From Zygophlyctis sp. KS116 (taxonomy: Eukaryota > Fungi > Chytridiomycota): a stretch of DNA of 32,000 nt. Of the stretch, positions 11,392 through 23,024 are shown one piece after another. The notes beneath the pieces are model-generated. The model searched no databases and was not told where the DNA came from. It saw only the letters and a program-made list of their open reading frames with translations. The stretch lies in the NCBI GenBank assembly GCA_054661495.1, contig BAAFSQ010000002.1, positions 60,001-92,000 on the forward strand. The letters run 5' to 3'. The position numbers were made by a program, and so were the translations under genes. Every line of letters starts with the position of its first letter. Position 1 is the first letter of the stretch.

Positions 11392-14300
11392 CTACGCGCT
11401 GATGTTTGACAATTGCTGTTGAATTAGCGCTTGAACTGATCCTCCAGATGGGCTTTTACCAAACTGTGCTAATGATGTTGCTATCGTATAAATCTAATTA
11501 CACTTACCCAAATACATCTTTGAGTCATTGGTTACCAACAGATACACATTCTTTTTAACAGGGCCTAAAGTAGAAAGGCGAGAATATGCAACTTTATATC
11601 CACCATCGTCTATTTCAGCAAATTCACCTTCCTCAGCAGGGGCTGATGCAGGAGGAAGAGGGTGATTAATAAGTGAAATTAACGATTCTAAAATTGATGG
11701 CCACATTGACAAATAAGGAGGAGATAACATAATCTGACTTTTTGTGAGTAAGTGTGCCATTCCAGCTAAGCAAAGATTCAAGTCATCATTCGTGTAGATA
11801 TTCTTGAGCTCTGGTATTAATACTCCAGATAACAGGCCATTAAAAAGTGGAGTAGATTGGATAGAGTCTAAAGTACCAATTATATCATCTACAGTTAATC
11901 CAGGCTTTTGAATCACAAAGAGAGTACACATAAAGCGGATAAAAGCATGGCTAAACTGACTGGTTTTACTTGATGTCAATCTTGTAAGCAATAGAACAAA
12001 AATATTCTTAATATATGGTGATAAAGCTTGGCTAAAAATTATTTAATTAGACTTACATGGGAATATTTTCAATAATACTGATAATTAACTCAAAGCCATA
12101 CACGTCATCCAATTTCGATGCAATAAGCTTGTGACAAACTCCAAGAAAGGGTTGCAAATGACCTCGGGCAACGATTTCGTTTGGTCCTTTGGATAAGAAA
12201 GCTTGCATAAATCGAACTAAAGCAGGACGATTTCCTAATAATAAAAAATTATATTGAACATACCCGATGAATCCCAGTAGCTGGGGCCTAAAAATTTTGG
12301 AATCATTTGAGCATATTGTTCTGGAATTCCAGCTTCAGTATGATATGTTAACAATTGAGTCATAATTTGGAAAGCATATGGTGCAAAATCTAAACGTTTT
12401 GTTAAAGCTTAAATACCTTCACTTTTTTGATCTATAAGCTCTTGAAATGGAGGGAACAAATAAGTTTCAAAGCTTGATACAAGAGATACATTTGTCATAC
12501 ATGAAAATCTAAATATTGAATCTATGCTTTGACATACCTCACAAATAATGCAAGAGTTTCGAATGCGTAGTGATTAAACTTTGGATTGAGGGGGTTTTTG
12601 CTAATCACTGTAATAATTTTTGTAAGTCGGCCTAAATTTTCCTCTACAAGGGGCGAAATGTCCTGGCGAAGTACAAGTACAACTCTCATGATTGCTAGAG
12701 TATAATAAATACCGATTCATTTACCTTTCATTAAGTAGTCATTTTCCCCCAGCTTATTAGGCGAAGAATTCGCTTCAATTAGTTCAAACAATCGATTTAA
12801 TAATTGTGGAGCGAAAGCAGCTATATTGGAGCTATCAAAACTTTGCTATTAATTTAAAATTAATTACATAAACTCTGTTCCCGACTTAATCGCAAAAATG
12901 CGCTCCAAACACACAGCAGCATACGTGTGAACCACATAATTGGTAGAGCCCAAGTGTGTTATAAGAAGCGGAAGTATTTCCATAAGTTGCTCTTTGGTCA
13001 ACTACATAATCAGATTAGGAAAACTCCTCACCTGACTTCTGAAAAGTAGCAAGTACTTGATAGCATCCACTTTCAAGATCGGATGGATAGCACCATCTAC
13101 AGGAAGTTGCAAGTCTGGAAGCGCGTGGTTTCCAAATATCGGCAAAACATCCATATACTCATTAACTTGCGTCGCTCCAAACTTTGCATAAGATAGAATA
13201 TAATTACCTGAACTGTCAAAGCTTTTGCAGATAAAGATGAGATCAAATACAATGCTGCATCTTTTGCTTTCCAATTATTAACACGATCTTGGTTATATGT
13301 CTAAATTAAATGAAAAATCTTGTATTACTTCCAAGTACTCGTTTGCATACTGTGAACATATTTCTGTCACATCCTTTGCAAAATGCTCTAGTAGACCACG
13401 TACAAGATCGGAAGCAGCTCTTCTTCTTGTATCAGAATCAGAACCTTCAAGATCACGTCGAATATATTCAATAGGCTCATCCTCAAACAATTCCACATCT
13501 GAATCTATACATAATTAGAAAATCCCCAAAAATACCTCTTAAAGTCATATTAGATACAATCACTCTGGAACAAATCGATCTTAAAGCATCTGGATTAGCA
13601 AACATATCCCTATGACGTGCAGGTTTCACAACAGATGTAAGAAAGCTAATAGCTTTACTCACCAACTATTCCTTTAATAAAAATAATCTACAAAATCATT
13701 TTTCGGCTCCAATCCAATATTAGTCAATAAATTCCAAACAATTTCAACAAATTGTGGCAATCTTTTAAAATCCTCTTCATATTTTGTAGCATATAAATCA
13801 ATAATTTCACAAATTGAAGCCTTTACTTTCTCTAACCACCCTGCCTCATCTAAATCTTGAGTTATTAGAGCAGGATTTGAGTATAACAAATATTTTTGGA
13901 AAATAACCATAAATTCCTCCATATGATCTTCAAAAAACTCTGGTAAATCTTGTGCATTTAAAGAATAAAAAATCTTGTTTAACAAGAATAGAGTCTGAAA
14001 AAGCAATCCTAACCTAACTGGATCATTAGTCGCATCAATTAGTTTATCAGTTTCCTAAATTTTAATTTTAAATAATCCAACCTGTAAAAACCTTAAAAAA
14101 GGTTCAGCAAACAATGCAAGAACCTGTTTAATTTCCAAAAACAATTTATCCGATCTAAACTGATGTCTCCATCTACATTATTATTAATAAATTAGAAGAA
14201 ATAGAAAGTCTGAAAAACATACCTTTTAAAAATCGCATGAGCAGTAGTCAAAACTCCAATATTAATCTTAAAATCCTGTAAATTTAATCTAGAAATCAAA

Positions 14301-14656
14301 TCTGGAACCAAATTCCCCCAATCATTAGGAAAATCAACATTTGCAATTTGAATTACAGCATCTGAAATTTGCAATTGACAAGATTGATCAACTGAAATCA
14401 TTATTTGCACAATATTATTCTTGATATCATTCTTATCCTGAGCACTCAATTTATTCTCTGCCCAATATTTCTTGATGAAATTCTTAAAATAGACTGCGGC
14501 GGCCATACGCACACTCGACTCTTGAGTTGACACATAATTCAAAAGTCCGAAACCAAATCCTGGCTGTCCTTCTAATCCAGATAATTTAGCTTCTGCATCC
14601 TTTTGACATTTAGGATCCAAAGTCTGTAAGAGCAACTGTCCAATATCGGTCGTCAT
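11392..14656 (-). CDS. CSE1: Exportin-2 / importin-alpha export receptor Cse1
   Basis: IBN-type N-terminus (AAAVYFKNFIKKYW), QDLPEFFEDH, EYIRRDLEGSDSDTRRRAA, ENDYLMKAIMR. Fourteen introns (14173-14222, 14055-14081, 13666-13691, 13505-13535, 13301-13328, 13182-13207, 13002-13031, 12841-12867, 12695-12724, 12509-12537, 12390-12416, 12235-12263, 12032-12056, 11481-11507). Ends ...QQQLSNISA-TAG at 11392. Confidence 0.96.
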
Positions 14657-14848
14657 TTGAAATTTCTAGGACGCAGACACCTGTTCCTTGACATTCCACC
14701 CACCATGGTCCTCTATGGGATCATTATCTAGAATGCATCATCTCTGACAATCCGAGTCATCCAGCCATGAGATCAGACTTTGAAAGTATGATTGAGATAT
14801 CAGCAATGGATGCATTTTATCGGCGAAACGTTGAATTATTCGCGTTAA
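14657..14848. promoter_or_regulatory. Divergent (bidirectional) promoter CSE1 / SET1, 192 nt
   Basis: Head-to-head ATGs at 14656 and 14849, with a GCGT motif next to each ATG on its own strand. Confidence 0.65.
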
Positions 14849-17297
14849 ATGCAAGACTTTCGAGTCGTTTATGATCCAGAATTGGACCCAAAGAAGAAAT
14901 ATAAACTAAAAAAGTCTTTTGGCAACTCTACTCTACAGTCGGAAATTGATCCTAGATGCATTGAAAACTATTACAAGTTGGGAAAGGGAAAAGCAAAATT
15001 AGTAAAGGAATATGGTCCGGTTCTGTTTGAATTTGATGAATTTTCTAAAACAGGTCCAGTCCCGACTTCAATAATATTAACAATGTCGCCAAAAGTGGAT
15101 GAAAAGGAATTATTAATGGTAATTCAGGAAATAGGAAAGTTGGAATCTTTCTCTTTTGCTAAAAATCATCAGGGACTGTTATTGGGTTCTATTACTTTTG
15201 GGCATTCAAGCGCTGCAAGAGATGCTGCACTTAAATGGAATGGAATAATTGTTAATGATCATAGAGTTGCTATAGAATTAGATGAAGATTGTAAATTGTA
15301 AAATATACTAATGATTTATAGGTCAAAAGTTTTATAATAGAAAAATAAAGGTAGAACAAGGGAAAAAGGGTGAAAATGCTGGGCGGTCACAGTCGCGAAA
15401 AGAGTCTTCGCCTTCAAGACGTCAAAAATCAGACTCTAGGTCGAAAGATAGGAATGAAAGAGATAGAAAGCATGATAATACTGAAAAAAGACGAAAATCT
15501 GATTATTCAAAGGACAAATACGAATCTAGGCATTATAGGCCGGAAAAGGAACATTATTCAAAATACAAGTCAGATGAAATTCTTCCTAAAAAAGAAAAGT
15601 CTAAAACAGAAGAGAAAAATAAAGGGATTTTAGTCAAGGAGAAGACAATTCCTACTCTTAAGATAATTCAAGAAGAAATTGTATCTATAGTAGAGAGGGA
15701 TTATCATAATAGAGTCATATTGCAAATGATTAGGGATTTTATTGGGAAATCATTGCCTCCACCAAGTATAATACTGGATAATCAAGAATCAATATCATCA
15801 ATTACAACAATTTCTTTAGAATTAAAAGAAAAAGCCAGGCGTCCTCTTCCTTCATTTAAGAAATTAAAGACTTCAGAACCTGTAGAAAAGACTTCATCAA
15901 GATTAATCAAGAAAAATTATAAACTCTTGTCAAAAAAGAAACGTTTTTATATGGAAAGCGATGCAGATTCATCATCATTATCTTCTTCTTCTGAAAGTAG
16001 TAATTCAGATTCAGAAGATATGGTAGAGGAAATTCCAGGTAAATTTATTGTTTTTTTGGGATTTACATTAGTTGATAACACATCTTCTCAAGAGGATCTG
16101 ATGGAGGTTGATGTCGAAGAAAATGTTATTACTGATATCCCAGAAAATGCTTTATCCAAAGAATCTCCAATAACTGATCCAGTTGTGTTGAAGGACAACA
16201 AAGCGACTAAAAAATCAAGATCGCGAAAGTCTGTCCAAAAGAAAGCTAGGCGTCAAACCAAAGATCAGATCATATATCAAAAGCCTATCAGAAGTGCATT
16301 TAATTTTGATGAATATGAAGAACGGTTTGCTGAACTGCGGAAACAAAATTGCATACCAGTGCAATTCCCGGACGGCGATTACGATTGTGATGCATTATTG
16401 AACATTTCAGGGATAGATTTAAAAGGTATGGGATATGATACAGAAGAAGAATCCATAATTCATAATATGATCAACGAGGAAGTCGTAAAAAGAAAGATGT
16501 TCCACTCAAAAACGCTATATGATGCAGATGGACAAAGATGTCATTTAACTGGATCGGCAAGATCGGAAGGATATTATGCAATAACTTCTGCTGAAAAGAA
16601 GGCCCACCTTCGAGTTGTATCTCACAAAAATCGTGATGCTACAATATCTCCAATCAAAATTCCGACAGCACCAACAAACATACCAAACGATATGAGAATA
16701 GCCAGCTCAAGAGCTAGTAGATTCACCCAGAGACAGCTTGTAATTGGCCCCGATACCAAAAAACCACCCGTGCCCATTGATTCTGCAGAGAGCGTACGCT
16801 TTAAACAAATGAAGAACCGTAAGCGACGTCTGAAATTTGCAAAATCTGAAATTCATGATTGGGGGTTATTTGCCATGGAAAAGATTGAAGCGAATGAAAT
16901 GATTATAGAATATATCGGGGAAAAAATTCGACTAAAGATTGCAGATCTTCGTGAAATCGAGTATGAAAAACAGGGAATTGGTTCTAGCTACTTATTTAGA
17001 GTCGATGATGACATTGTGATTGATGCGACCAAAATGGGGAATCTTGCTCGTTTTATCAATCATTGTTGCGAGGTAAAAACCTAAAAATTTATTTTTAGCC
17101 AAATTGTTATGCAAAAATCATTAATATTGATGGAACCAAGCGAATTATTATTTATGCTAATGTCGATATTGAAGAAGGAGAGGAAATCACTTATGATTAC
17201 AAGTTCCCTATCGAGGATGATAAGATTCCTTGCCTCTGCGGCGCTGTGGTAGGTTTAAGTTTCTAAAAAAAAGAATTGTCGAGGTACTTTGAATTGA
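14849..17297 (+). CDS. SET1: Histone H3K4 methyltransferase Set1 (RRM, N-SET/WIN, SET, post-SET)
   Basis: [11 protein letters not shown]-like region, WIN motif [49 protein letters not shown], post-[21 protein letters not shown]. Introns 15291-15321, 16039-16071 (probable, in-frame), 17073-17098, 17249-17273. Confidence 0.95.
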
Positions 17298-17999
17298 TGT
17301 CAGTCACCGAATCACCGCCCTGCTCATCAGATCGTGCATCTTCATGCCCTGTCTCATCATCTAATTCATCTGCTAGTGGATGCCCAGTTGATCATTCAAA
17401 AGTCAACCCGCTTAATAATATGCCTAATCTTTCACAGGATAAAGCACCAGGACAGACTGTTGACCTTCCTACTGCGAGAACTCTATCAACCATTCCAAAA
17501 ACCAATCCTGACGCTGGGCCGGTATGGGAGTATCCCAGCCCTCAACAGTTTTATAATGCACTAGTTCGAAAGGGATGGAAGACACCAGAAACAGAGATCC
17601 CTGTGATTGTAGACATTCATAATTTTATCAATGAAGAATGCTGGGATCAAATCAAATACTGGGAAACTAAATTCCATTGTGATTGCAAGGATATTTCTCT
17701 CTTGAAATTTCAAGGTCGTCCAAAGGACATGACTCCAAAAGCATTTTTTTATCACTATATATATGGGTATTCCTAAACTTTTAATGATTAGATCTGAAAA
17801 GCCGTTTGATCGTCATGATTGGACTATTGATAGATGTGGAAAACCCGTCAGATATGTTATAGACTATTATGGAGGCCCCAGCGAGGGAAATAATCCAGTT
17901 TTTCATTGTGATATAAGACCTGCATTAGACTCACCTTCAGCCTTGTTTGATCGATTGAGAGAAGGTGCATCAAGAGTCTGGTCAAAATTATTTTCTTGA
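17297..17999 (+). CDS. Holocytochrome c/c1 synthase (cytochrome c heme lyase, CYC3/CYT2/HCCS family)
   Basis: Two CPV heme-regulatory motifs, [62 protein letters not shown]. Intron 17767-17791. The only ATG that includes the CPV motifs is at 17297. Confidence 0.95.
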
Positions 18000-18290
18000 T
18001 CTTTTACAACAATAATATCATCATTCAACTTATTGCCAATTCAGGTATTTCATTCTAATTAAATGTGTTGAATGAGTTGAGTCCATAAATAAGTCAAATC
18101 CAAGTTGATTTGAATTTGTATCAGTAATTAAGCATTTGAAATAACTACATTTTTTTTTGATTTGGAAAGAAACCGGAAAGTTGAAAATGGACGATGCGTT
18201 TGTTGGGACAGGTTGGGACAGACTCGAGAGAACTTTAATTTAAAAATGGTCTCTGGAGAATTGCAAGCAGAAAAGTGGTCGATAGTTACA

Positions 18291-19538
18291 ATGATCATTT
18301 CATTCAAATCAATGCATTTGTTCTTCATGGCTCTGGCTTTGTGCCATGTTCAAAATGTCTACGCTGTTACTAATAATGATTTTGTCGCTTTGAAGTGGAA
18401 GCTGAAAGAATATATTGATAAGAATCCTGATCGTCACATTCCTCTTTTAGTAAGAAACTCTTTCCATGACTTGTTTCTGAATGATAAGGCAGCGCTGCAA
18501 GGATGCATTGCAAAGACTGATTTTCTAAACGATCTAGAAAATAAAGGGCTAGATTCGACTAACAAAGATTTGCAAGATCTTATCATGAAGGACTTCCCAA
18601 AAACCAATTTCTCTTATGGTGATGTAATCGCGTTTGCAGGCAAGGTTGCAGTTGAATCGGCATATCCATGTATGAAGATTCCTTTCAGGTTCAATCGAAG
18701 TTCTTGCTCAAGAGATGAGCCTAATTTCAATAATCGGGCTCCGTCTTCATTTGCAGATACAATAGATAAACTAGGACCCATGTTTGACTATTTAGGAGGA
18801 TCAATTACTCCTCGGGACTTGGCGATTCTTTTAGCAGGTGGTCATGGTATTAAAGGAGCTCGAGCAGGCTCTACAGATTGGTTTGGGGTCTTTTCAACAT
18901 TTAGTTCTGGAAAAGAATTTATAGCAAAGACATTTAGAGAAGCTTGGAGATTTATAGGACTTCCTGAGACTTTGGATCAATTCTTTACCGGAGAGATATT
19001 TAATCGTGAAACAAGCATTATACGTCTACCGTCTGATTTGATGTTTTATCCCAGCAAAGTCCCAGATGGTAGTTACAAGGATAAAAGTCAAGAGGCCGCA
19101 ACTATTGAGGCACAATTACTTGGATTTATTGCTCAAGATCGCAGTGTTTTTGATAAGGAATTCGAAATAGCTTATGGTAAACTTCTTGCAATTGGAGACG
19201 CAAGCCAAGCGTTTATAGACGATCGTTCTATTCAAGTTTGCCCAGATATAATAAACCAACATAGTGGTACCATACTTCCTCCCCCACCAACCACCACCAA
19301 TATTCTATCTAGTACCACTATCGCTTCTTCATATGTGAATACTTTATCTACTGTTACTAGTATTCTATCTTCAACTGTTTCATCCACGACCATATTATCT
19401 CCCACTGCGACACATGCTACTAACGAAGAACCATACACTATTACAGATGGTGTTTCAAGATTTAGGTCTATAATGGACTCTGCTTCAGCATTGCTTAATC
19501 GAATAAGAAAGGTTGTATCTGGAATTCGGTCTAAATAA
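18291..19538 (+). CDS. Secreted heme peroxidase (peroxidase-catalase superfamily) with Ser/Thr-rich tail
   Basis: Signal peptide from ATG 18291 or 18312. Distal LVRNSFHD, ENKGL, SYGDVIAFAGKVAVE, proximal LAGGHGI, RLPSDL, AYGKLLAIG. No introns. Confidence 0.85.
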   Translation: MIISFKSMHLFFMALALCHVQNVYAVTNNDFVALKWKLKEYIDKNPDRHIPLLVRNSFHDLFLNDKAALQGCIAKTDFLNDLENKGLDSTNKDLQDLIMKDFPKTNFSYGDVIAFAGKVAVESAYPCMKIPFRFNRSSCSRDEPNFNNRAPSSFADTIDKLGPMFDYLGGSITPRDLAILLAGGHGIKGARAGSTDWFGVFSTFSSGKEFIAKTFREAWRFIGLPETLDQFFTGEIFNRETSIIRLPSDLMFYPSKVPDGSYKDKSQEAATIEAQLLGFIAQDRSVFDKEFEIAYGKLLAIGDASQAFIDDRSIQVCPDIINQHSGTILPPPPTTTNILSSTTIASSYVNTLSTVTSILSSTVSSTTILSPTATHATNEEPYTITDGVSRFRSIMDSASALLNRIRKVVSGIRSK

Positions 19539-19592
19539 TGATACTGATATTGCAAAAACGATAATATTCAACTTTATTGCTTGTTGAGTATT

Positions 19593-21036
19593 TTACTCTT
19601 CTCTCGAAATGAGATGTATTGCACAAGTTCTGTCCATAAAAACTATTGCATCGAATTGATTCGAAAGGGAAGATGAAGAGTAATGACTGAGCCTCTCTGA
19701 TTGTGGGCAATACACAACGCCAATATATCGTTCCAATCTAGGCGCTTCCATCTCCTTGGTAAGGCCTATATCCCTGTCATTCTTGATGAGCTTATCGGAA
19801 TTTTGTTTATGCAAGAACTTAAAGATCAGCAATACATTCTGATTCGGGAAATTTGAATGCAGAAAGTATTCATGACTATCTTTAAGGGAAGGAACAATAT
19901 CCTTTACTCTTCCTGGAGTTCCCCATGCTATATGCTTAAAGCCAAAAAAATACAGTTGGCAGCCATCACTGTTCCTTCATGGCATAAAAATCCAACATTA
20001 TAAACTGGAATATCAGACTCTCTACATAGTTGTCCGATATTGACCTCGGCACGCATTTTCCCCATATCTGTATATCTTGCATCTCCCAACTATTTTAATT
20101 TATTTCTAAATTCAGATACATGACTGTTATGTGCCCAAACAATTACTTTTGGAGATTTTTGTCTTTTTACAGAGTAATCCATCAGGCGTTGAAGTATCTT
20201 GAACATATGACGATCCCTAATGTTCCAAGAATTGACATTCTCGTCAACAGAAAATCTGTAATATTCTTCGGCGTCTTTCACGACCAATGCGTTTATTTCA
20301 GCAATAAACTGCATATTAGAACGTGATTCAACTACCTGATCATCTCCCATTTCTTCCAAACGCTTTCTAAAAAGATGATGCATCACAAATGAAGCCTCTT
20401 GCTGACATCCCTTGCATGAACACTCATAAAATACCTTTTCGATCCCAAGCTTGATGGATAATGAATACATGAGCGGCTCGTGATGAAACTTATCAAAACA
20501 CTTGTATAAATTTTTAGCTTTTGATGCAGCAGACGGATCAACTGATTCAAGATATTTAACTACTTCCTCTGTAGATCTATAAAATTCATCAAAATAAATT
20601 ACTTTTGTAGGCTATACACGTCCAGTCCATAAAAGTTTAGATCATCATCCTGATTTCTAGAGTTCCAATCTTTCATCCATTCAGAGAAGGACTGCATGAC
20701 TTCATTCCTCCACATCCATACAGGAAATCTAGTAAAGTTTGCCAATGGATCACGAATGATTGATTTTCCATTGTGGATATATTTATTGACTGTTGCACAA
20801 TCTGGCCAATCTGCCTCCACAGCGATCATTCTGAATCCTTTATGCTCTATTAGAAGCTTAGAAATGATAGCCCGATGTTCCTAATTTCAGCTTTAATTGA
20901 TTACATAGTAATCCTGAGTTCCATGGGTAGAGTCACCAATGCACACAATCTGAGCGTCTCCAATCGCATCAAGCAACTTGAGATAGCCTTTCTCAGGGAA
21001 TTCTAGAGGAATGGAAAAAGGTTTCAGATCAAACAT
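19593..21036 (-). CDS. Erythromycin esterase family protein (EreA/EreB-like fold)
   Basis: IGDSTHGT, AVEADWPD, RFPVWMWRN, FYGLDVYS, WNIRDRHM, VWAHNSHLGDAR, RYIGVVY...ERLSHY, QFDAIVFMDRT. Introns 20881-20904, 20577-20602, 20090-20119, 19928-19953. Confidence 0.92.
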
Positions 21037-21082
21037 TTCAAAAGCTCAGAAAGCTTCCTTGAGTAAATCAGTACGAGTTTAT

Positions 21083-22752
21083 TTATGTGTTAACTCTTCC
21101 TCGAACATCCCGTCGCTTATCTCTGTCACTGCTGCGACTACGCTTCTGAGGTGTGCCGCTGGGTGAATCTTTATAATAAGTTTCTACATTGTCTGGACAA
21201 CTAAGAGCACCGTGAGTTCTTTCCCCACAACGAAGACAACCATGAATTCTTCTACAATCGCGAGTATGACAGTAATTTACGCTAGAAGCATTCCAAAGGT
21301 AACAATAAGTTCTAATTACAGCTTTAGAAGCCCCAGATGAATTGCATTTTATTATCGTATGAGATGTCGACATACATCGAATGCATCGATGTTCACGACC
21401 GCACTTATTATCACGACATTTCCTCTAATAATTAAAAAGTTTAAGTATACCTCATCTACATTCCATTGCACACAAAGAATTCTCTCTGTTGCTTTTGAAG
21501 GCCCACAAGAGGTAACTGGATGAGGTCCACCACAATTTAGACAAATGTGAAAGTTTTTGCAAGTATCATGTTTTGACGGGCATGAATTTTTATTGAAATC
21601 CGCACAAATCTCTTCAACGCGGCGCTTGCAATCCTTACTGCCTAATCGGCTGAGTACAGCCATTTTTTCATTTGTAACATCTCTAGATTTTGAAACTGAT
21701 TCTGGAGTACTAGAATTTGTTACAGTTTTACTGCTTCTGACTGGGCTAGCATGACTTTCAATAAAAGAGACTACTTGACTACCAACCATATTAGTCCAAG
21801 ATGAAGGAATATTTCTAGCAAAGACTCCCAGATCCTTTAAACTGTCTTCACTTTTTATCGCAGACTTTTCTTTAACTCTGGTAATCCAATCCAAAACAGA
21901 CTCCAAGACAACCTTGTCTTGCTCTGCATCCTTAAAATCTAAAGCTGAAACTTCCATTTTCTTTATAGCTTTATCTATGTCTTCTCTCAAAATTCTATAA
22001 TTCTCTTTTGCATCTTGCCAGGCAACTTTTTTTACTGAAGCTTCCTTTTTCAAATTTTCTAACCTGACACTTAAATTGCTATAAAATGATTCAAAAGAAG
22101 CACTATAAGCCAAATACGAAGCCAGTTTTCCTAATTGAAATGCATATTTTGCATCAAGAAAATTAGTTTCTGGTTCTGCAACAGAAGGTGGATGAGACAA
22201 AACATCTCTCAGGAATTCATCAGGAGAAAATCCAAGATCATCTACTCTATCCATTGATTTGTTTTGATCCAATTCCACCAGAGCACTAGACTCTCTACGC
22301 TCCTTTTTAGGCGTAGTAAAAGCTACTTGAGCTTCATTATGATCTTTATAATGATCTTTAAAATGATCTTTATAATCGTTTTCATTCTGATGATCTTTAG
22401 AATCATTTTCATTCTGATCTGCAACTTGATGTGCAACTTGATCTACCATCTGGACTGAAACCTGGGCAATCTGATCACTATGATCTGCCCGATCTACAAC
22501 AATCTCATCTGAGCCTTCGAGGACCATGCCATCTTCCTCTTCCAAGCCTTCAATCTTTTCAGAATGTACATTATCTTCATTCGCCTCCTTGTATGGAATT
22601 GGCTGTAAAATCTCATCTTCTACCAGAGTAGTAGAAGATGATGATTTTACAATAGGGTCATTATCTACTTCCTTTTTCTTTGCAAGGGATTGTCTCAGAA
22701 TAGAAAGAAGCTCTTCGCCTGATAATGAAGATAAAGTAACATCACTTGTCAT
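21083..22752 (-). CDS. Coiled-coil protein with three tandem CCCH+CCHC zinc-finger modules and a short basic RS-like tail
   Basis: Two ORFs joined by a 26-nt intron (21425-21450). Modules CADFNKNSC..C..H.CLNCGGPHPVTSC, CVQWN...C..C..H.CIRC...H....C and CYLWN...C..C..H.CLRC...H....C. Confidence 0.8.
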
Positions 22753-23024
22753 TTTTTGTATGGTTGAGGTGCTAGTGGCGCCACGTCAAATTTGCTTTTG
22801 CTCACGTCTCACGCCCCTTGGTTCGCACACCCCCTTGGTCTGAGGCACACACGCTCAGACTCTCACGCTATCAGAGACCTCTGACTCCCAGCCTGTCATT
22901 TAAACCCACTGTACACCATCAATGCATGTCATGGCTAATGAATGATTACTAACCAAGATTCTGAATTCAATGCATTAAAGAAAGTTTAAGAATCAAAAGT
23001 TCCCATTAATATTTTGTACTAAAT

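Noticed and set aside
14173-14222. Hairpin compensation in the 50-nt CSE1 intron 1
   Set aside because: Only a weak AT-only fold. Its length is explained by the absence of any AG between positions 24 and 50, so not all long introns need structure.
21083-23024. Active retrotransposon
   Set aside because: No RT, integrase or recombinase ORF and no terminal repeats. The gene has a normal intron and host neighbours.
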